IMG/VR virus record: IMGVR_UViG_3300022914_000005
DNA: 20,000 nucleotides
DNA from: an uncultured virus (IMG/VR IMGVR_UViG_3300022914_000005)
Taxonomy: Duplodnaviria; Heunggongvirae; Uroviricota; Caudoviricetes
Strand: one strand, 5' to 3'
Shown in pieces: positions 16,468-20,000 of the stretch; within the stretch, counting starts at the first letter, position 1; every line of letters begins with the position of its first letter. Below the pieces are notes generated by a model. It was not told the DNA's origin and made no database searches. It was given only the letters and a program-made list of their open reading frames with translations. The position numbers and the translations under genes are program-made.

Positions 16468-16566
16468 TCAGTGAAGAATGAAGATGCTCGTCAGTAGAGT
16501 GGCCACCCCCGCTGCCAAGCAACTAAGCGCAAACCACCAGCCAACATCATCGGCGTTTTTGTTCAT
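16468..16566 (-). CDS. Leaderless micro membrane peptide, 32 aa (MNKNADDVGWWFALSCLAAGVATLLTSIFILH)
   Basis: ATG 6 nt after CTAAAGA-cat-TATAAT; single hydrophobic helix; ends 5 nt before the sigma start. Confidence 0.6.
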   Translation of the reverse strand: MNKNADDVGWWFALSCLAAGVATLLTSIFILH

Positions 16567-16572
16567 GAAGAT

Positions 16573-16588
16573 ATTATAATGTCTTTAG
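16573..16588 (-). promoter_or_regulatory. CTAAAGA-N3-TANNNT promoter motif (CTAAAGA cat TATAAT)
   Basis: Consensus -10; would drive the peptide + sigma factor transcript. Confidence 0.75.
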
Positions 16589-16595
16589 AAAGACA

Positions 16596-16937
16596 TCAGG
16601 CCCAAGACGGCAGAGGAAGCGTCACGATCTTTCCGTAAATTTTGTCGCGCGCTTCGTTGATGATCGCCCTGTCCAGCGCCTCGAAGTACTCGATCGCGGG
16701 CTCAAACGATCCCAGCCCGCGGTGCTTTGCCCAGTCTTTGAACTCCTCGAGTGCTTCGTCAAATGAGCTACACGGCTGACGGAAGTTGATTCGGACTTTT
16801 CGCAGCACGCGCGGCGAGTTGTTGCCTGTCATTTGTATTTCGAGCCACCACTTGTTGTCGCTCGAGCACTCGGCATTGACGAGAGGCGACATAATCGTCA
16901 CGTCAATCTCGATGGTCGGGGTCGCTGTCGTTGTCAT
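16596..16937 (-). CDS. Hypothetical protein
   Basis: 113 aa; leaderless start 6 nt after TAAGAT. Confidence 0.75.
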   Translation of the reverse strand: MTTTATPTIEIDVTIMSPLVNAECSSDNKWWLEIQMTGNNSPRVLRKVRINFRQPCSSFDEALEEFKDWAKHRGLGSFEPAIEYFEALDRAIINEARDKIYGKIVTLPLPSWA

Positions 16938-16943
16938 GAGGTC

Positions 16944-16959
16944 ATCTTACTTTCTTTAG
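16944..16959 (-). promoter_or_regulatory. CTAAAGA-N3-TANNNT promoter motif (CTAAAGA aag TAAGAT)
   Basis: Intergenic; ATG 6 nt downstream. Confidence 0.7.
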
Positions 16960-16960
16960 A

Positions 16961-17161
16961 TCAAGCACGTTCTTCTGCGCTGAGCCGCTTGACCTGCTCT
17001 TTTTCCGCGGAGGTGACGTACGACGACTTCATCGCGGATTTCATCGCCCGGAGATGGCTTTCGTGATGATACAGCCGCGCCACGGCGTATTCGCTTGCGA
17101 ACGACCGCGGCCATCCGGTTCTCTCAACGATGTTGTCAATAACTTCGCTGTACTTGCCCAT
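16961..17161 (-). CDS. Hypothetical protein
   Basis: 66 aa; leaderless start 6 nt after TACAAT. Confidence 0.7.
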   Translation of the reverse strand: MGKYSEVIDNIVERTGWPRSFASEYAVARLYHHESHLRAMKSAMKSSYVTSAEKEQVKRLSAEERA

Positions 17162-17167
17162 GCCTAC

Positions 17168-17183
17168 ATTGTATCTTCTTTAG
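17168..17183 (-). promoter_or_regulatory. CTAAAGA-N3-TANNNT promoter motif (CTAAAGA aga TACAAT)
   Basis: Intergenic; ATG 6 nt downstream. Confidence 0.75.
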
Positions 17184-17702
17184 TTAGTAGATTTCAAACC
17201 CGCCGGAATGAACTAAGAAGTCTGCGAACTCCGCGATGTCGACAGTGCTTAGCCGGTGGCTGCGTTCGAACTCGAGAACTCTACCCTCTCCGCGGCAGTA
17301 GTTACACCAGCCGCGGGCTCTGCCGAGTTTGATTGCCTGATCGACGTCAAGAGCGCGCCACGGCATCGACAGATCTTCTCCGACCTGGTCTGAGCGAACA
17401 CCAGAGCCGCCGCAAATGTGACATTCGTTGTTTGGTAGCGCGTACACGATCGCGTTTCTCGAGTCGACGTATTCTTCAGCGATTCCGTGAACAAGATCGA
17501 AGAACAGTCGCCAACCGAGATCTGTTGCCTCGTTTTCGTCAAGCCCATCGCCATCCGAGGCGTACGGACGATGAACGCGATGCGCCAAGTCCTCGTGACG
17601 ATCTTCGCAGTACGTCCAAAGAGAGTGCCACGCCCAGACGTTTCTGTAGAACTTCTCGCCAGCCGGCGAGTCGGGTTCACATCCGTAAATGTGCATCGTC
17701 AT
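17184..17702 (-). CDS. Conserved phage protein with DnaJ-type CxxCxGxG zinc-finger repeats
   Basis: CHICGGSG and CNYCRGEG; N-terminal FYRNVWAWHSLWTY; C-terminal FADFLVHSGGFEIY. Confidence 0.8.
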   Translation of the reverse strand: MTMHIYGCEPDSPAGEKFYRNVWAWHSLWTYCEDRHEDLAHRVHRPYASDGDGLDENEATDLGWRLFFDLVHGIAEEYVDSRNAIVYALPNNECHICGGSGVRSDQVGEDLSMPWRALDVDQAIKLGRARGWCNYCRGEGRVLEFERSHRLSTVDIAEFADFLVHSGGFEIY

Positions 17703-17723
17703 TCCTTCACAGCGGAGAGATGT

Positions 17724-17760
17724 CTCGAGCGGGCAGTCTGCTTGAGACCACCCGCTCGAG
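17724..17760. repeat. Perfect 10-bp inverted repeat (possible hairpin/regulatory site)
   Basis: ctcgagcggg-N17-cccgctcgag upstream of 17702. Confidence 0.5.
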
Positions 17761-17835
17761 GCTATCTTTCATTAGTTTTTCCAATTGCGAGTCGCAAGGG
17801 CACTAGGCCGGCCGCATCGCTGGCGAAGCGTGAAT

Positions 17836-17940
17836 CTACCTACCGCGCTTGCGCGTAATAAACATTCCTCCGAGTAGAAAAACTACTAGGCCCCAGGTGA
17901 TTCCCACGGCAGTGTTGTAAAACTCGATGTCAAAACGCAT
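17836..17940 (-). CDS. Micro membrane protein, 34 aa (MRFDIEFYNTAVGITWGLVVFLLGGMFITRKRGR)
   Basis: GGAG RBS; TGa-TATAGT upstream; TM helix with basic C-terminal tail. Confidence 0.7.
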   Translation of the reverse strand: MRFDIEFYNTAVGITWGLVVFLLGGMFITRKRGR

Positions 17941-17996
17941 CTTTTCTCCAGTCTGTTCGTCAGGGTTGCTTCGGCCTCCGAATGTGAGGCACTATA

Positions 17997-18236
17997 TCAT
18001 GGGATGTCGTCTTCTGCCCAATCGAGGGCTTTTCTTGCCAAGATGACTAGATCGATCAAATCGTCGACCGGCACAACATCGTCTCCGGTCGAGAACTCTT
18101 CTGCCCACTCGTCAGCCGGCACGAGAGAGTCTTTCTCGAGTAGCGCGCACTCAACACGCTTGTCGACGCTCGCTATCGAAAAGATGAGCGATTTTTCTTT
18201 GTCGACGTTGAAGTGAATCGTGTCGATGCTGATCAT
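17997..18236 (-). CDS. Hypothetical acidic protein (79 aa)
   Basis: ATGA overlap with the upstream gene; MISIDTIHFNVDKEK... Confidence 0.7.
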   Translation of the reverse strand: MISIDTIHFNVDKEKSLIFSIASVDKRVECALLEKDSLVPADEWAEEFSTGDDVVPVDDLIDLVILARKALDWAEDDIP

Positions 18237-18454
18237 TCCGTGTCGCCCCAGTTGTTGTGAATGACGCGCCATGTCTCGTCGCTGACGACTCTTTTGTAGA
18301 ACGGGTCGTTGGCAGTGTCGCGCAGTGTCTCCGCGATGTCGGGTCGAATTGTGTGAAGTTCGTTGAACACGACTTGGCCATAGCGAAGTTCGCCGCGGCA
18401 CGCGTGATGCGCCTTTACCGCGTGAAGAACAAACTCGTCGAACGTCATTTCCAT
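18233..18454 (-). CDS. Conserved small phage protein (LRYGQ...DPFY family)
   Basis: 73 aa; leaderless start 6 nt after TATATT. Confidence 0.8.
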   Translation of the reverse strand: MEMTFDEFVLHAVKAHHACRGELRYGQVVFNELHTIRPDIAETLRDTANDPFYKRVVSDETWRVIHNNWGDTE

Positions 18455-18460
18455 ATTGTC

Positions 18461-18476
18461 AATATATCTTCTTTAG
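18461..18476 (-). promoter_or_regulatory. CTAAAGA-N3-TANNNT promoter motif (CTAAAGA aga TATATT)
   Basis: Overlaps the TAA stop of 18473..18652; ATG 6 nt downstream. Confidence 0.7.
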
Positions 18477-18652
18477 TTCAATCTCTCGATGAATCGCATT
18501 GCCGCAGATCTGATGTCAAGAAGCATGTCGCACACGATGGACGCTGGCACCATTGTTTTTTCGTGAGTCTGCGAGATAGAACTGTCGATTGTCTCGAGCA
18601 TCTCGAGCACTTCGGTTTCAAAGTCACTTTCGGCTTGCTCAAGTGTTTGCAT
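18473..18652 (-). CDS. Hypothetical protein, 59 aa (MQTLEQAESDFETEVLEML...RFIERLN)
   Basis: Manual translation; GGAG RBS; below the ORF-track cutoff. Confidence 0.7.
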   Translation of the reverse strand: MQTLEQAESDFETEVLEMLETIDSSISQTHEKTMVPASIVCDMLLDIRSAAMRFIERLN

Positions 18653-18782
18653 TTTCGTTCTCCAGTTCAGAAGATTTCTTATCGACTCTCACACACGAGA
18701 CCGCTCGAGGTCTCTCAAGAACAATGTGATCTTCAAGACTGTCATCATACTGCGCGCCGCAGCTCATACAAACACGTTGCAT
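18639..18782 (-). CDS. Small CxxC protein, 47 aa (MQRVCMSCGAQYDDSLEDH...)
   Basis: Strong AAGGAGG RBS 5 nt before ATG; overlaps the next gene. Confidence 0.65.
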   Translation of the reverse strand: MQRVCMSCGAQYDDSLEDHIVLERPRAVSCVRVDKKSSELENENANT

Positions 18783-18903
18783 AGCGACCTCCTTGCTATG
18801 AATACGCTATCACATTGCTACCGCGTTGTTTGGTTGACACCCTCCGCCGGGTACCACTCTCCACTTTCTGTGGTCCCGACGAAGAGTGTCACTTCTCACC
18901 GGC

Positions 18904-19215
18904 TCACAGGCCGGCGAGGAACTCGCGACCGAACTCGATCAGGTAGTCCAGATCGAACTCGAGCGCCTGACGAAGCTCTTCTTCGTCCGCGTCGGCGATG
19001 TTTGACGGATTGTAAGCGGCAGACTTCCACCGGGCACCCTCCCGATTGGGAGTGAAGCTACCGATGCGCTGCCAGCCGTTATCAGTCCAAACAGAAACTG
19101 ACGCGCTGTAGTCGACGTGATCGAAGTCGAGATAAAGGTCGGCTTTGATCCGACCCTCGTATCTGACACCCGACCAGCGATGGCGGTTGATGCTAGTTAC
19201 ATCTGTACGTTCCAA
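18904..19215 (-). CDS. Hypothetical protein
   Basis: 103 aa; TTG start after AAGGAGG. Confidence 0.75.
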   Translation of the reverse strand: MERTDVTSINRHRWSGVRYEGRIKADLYLDFDHVDYSASVSVWTDNGWQRIGSFTPNREGARWKSAAYNPSNIADADEEELRQALEFDLDYLIEFGREFLAGL

Positions 19216-19263
19216 GGTTTACACCTCCTTTCGTAAGTATCCACATTTGCCTTCCGCCATCGA

Positions 19264-19866
19264 TTAGTGAGTGCGTTCAATCGTTGAATCGTGAGCCCTT
19301 ATGATCTGAGTCCAAGTCGCGTATGACTTGGAGAAACGTGCGCGAACTGTTGAGAGGAGCGGGAGTTTGTTCTCGCTGTCACGAGCAAAGCGATCGTACG
19401 CTTGCTGCGTCGGCTTGATCTTCTCTTCGCGAGCAAACTCTACGAAAGCTCGGACAGCGTCTGAGATTTGATCGTCTGAAAAGCTCTTTGACGTCGACCG
19501 AATGGCGCGTCGGCGCGTCGGCAACCTGGCGGCATCGCGCGCGGCAGACCATGAGCCGAAGCGGAGGATGATTGTTTGCGCTGACGGCATGGAAAGCTCG
19601 GGATGCTCCGCGCGATACGCTTGGTACGCCGCAACTGACTGTGCGCCGGCGACGTTTGCCTTCGACAACGCGAGAAGCAAGTCGTCTTCAGTAGCGGCAT
19701 CGCGCCGAGGGAACCGCGAAAGCGAGAGGTGCTTTCTCGGCTCAAGAACGTCGCGCACTACTGCTGGGCCGACTCGACCGCGAAACGTGTCGATGACTGC
19801 CGCAACGCTTCTCGAGCGCTCGAACTCTGCGATGATGTCTGCTTTGATCTCTTCGGTGGGGGTCAT
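19264..19866 (-). CDS. Protein with two homing-endonuclease-associated repeats (HNH_repeat-like); no nuclease domain seen
   Basis: TEDDLLLAL...Y..Y...PSAQTIILRFGSWSAARDAA and SDDQISDAV...PTQQAYDRF...PLLSTVRARF...TW. Confidence 0.78.
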   Translation of the reverse strand: MTPTEEIKADIIAEFERSRSVAAVIDTFRGRVGPAVVRDVLEPRKHLSLSRFPRRDAATEDDLLLALSKANVAGAQSVAAYQAYRAEHPELSMPSAQTIILRFGSWSAARDAARLPTRRRAIRSTSKSFSDDQISDAVRAFVEFAREEKIKPTQQAYDRFARDSENKLPLLSTVRARFSKSYATWTQIIRAHDSTIERTH

Positions 19867-20000
19867 TCTTTCTTCTCCGTGTCTTCGCTCTCGGCCAAGA
19901 TCGCCTTGACCGCTTCTTGAATCTTGCGAACGTCTGCGTTCTTGGACGCGTATGTGTCGTTGATGAACTTTCTAACGACTCTTTCTTTCAAGCCGGCGTG
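19863..20000 (-). CDS. 3' end of a hypothetical protein (partial)
   Basis: Open frame ...HAGLKERVVRKFINDTYASKNADVRKIQEAVKAILAESEDTEKKE* ending in an ATGA overlap. Confidence 0.6.
   Translation of the reverse strand, partial: HAGLKERVVRKFINDTYASKNADVRKIQEAVKAILAESEDTEKKE

Noticed and set aside
17184..17702. DnaJ chaperone call
   Set aside because: Only two CxxCxGxG repeats; no J-domain HPD motif.
17707..17772. 21-aa ORF (MKDSLERVVSSRLPARDISPL) spanning the inverted repeat
   Set aside because: Very short with a weak RBS; better explained as a leader/regulatory region.

Overview
This window looks like part of a large tailed-phage (Caudoviricetes) genome. WhiB, DUF1360-like and DUF732-like proteins and many apparently leaderless genes point to an actinobacterial host. 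Almost all genes are on the minus strand. Right to left in transcription order: (i) an accessory/regulatory region of small genes (HNH-associated-repeat protein, zinc-finger proteins, several micro membrane proteins, ECF-like sigma factor, proteasome-beta/HslV-like Ntn hydrolase, WhiB, HTH proteins, lipoprotein); (ii) terminase large subunit and a DxDxDG-repeat/peptidoglycan-binding protein; (iii) a single plus-strand membrane-protein gene and a ~770-bp low-complexity non-coding island; (iv) a double-HTH protein, DUF1360-like protein, portal, a 223-aa protein, and a giant ORF (<1..3981, >1327 aa) missing from the ORF track because it runs off the window edge. Highlights: a recurrent promoter architecture CTAAAGA-N3-TANNNT (7 copies, 5 of them 6-7 nt before an ATG), next to phage-encoded sigma/WhiB regulators; a modular giant protein with a WYL-like domain, a duplicated ~110-aa domain and an N-terminal module paralogous to the upstream gene; and a possible terminus/operator island between terL and portal. 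All family assignments come from motif recognition by eye; no database searches were run.
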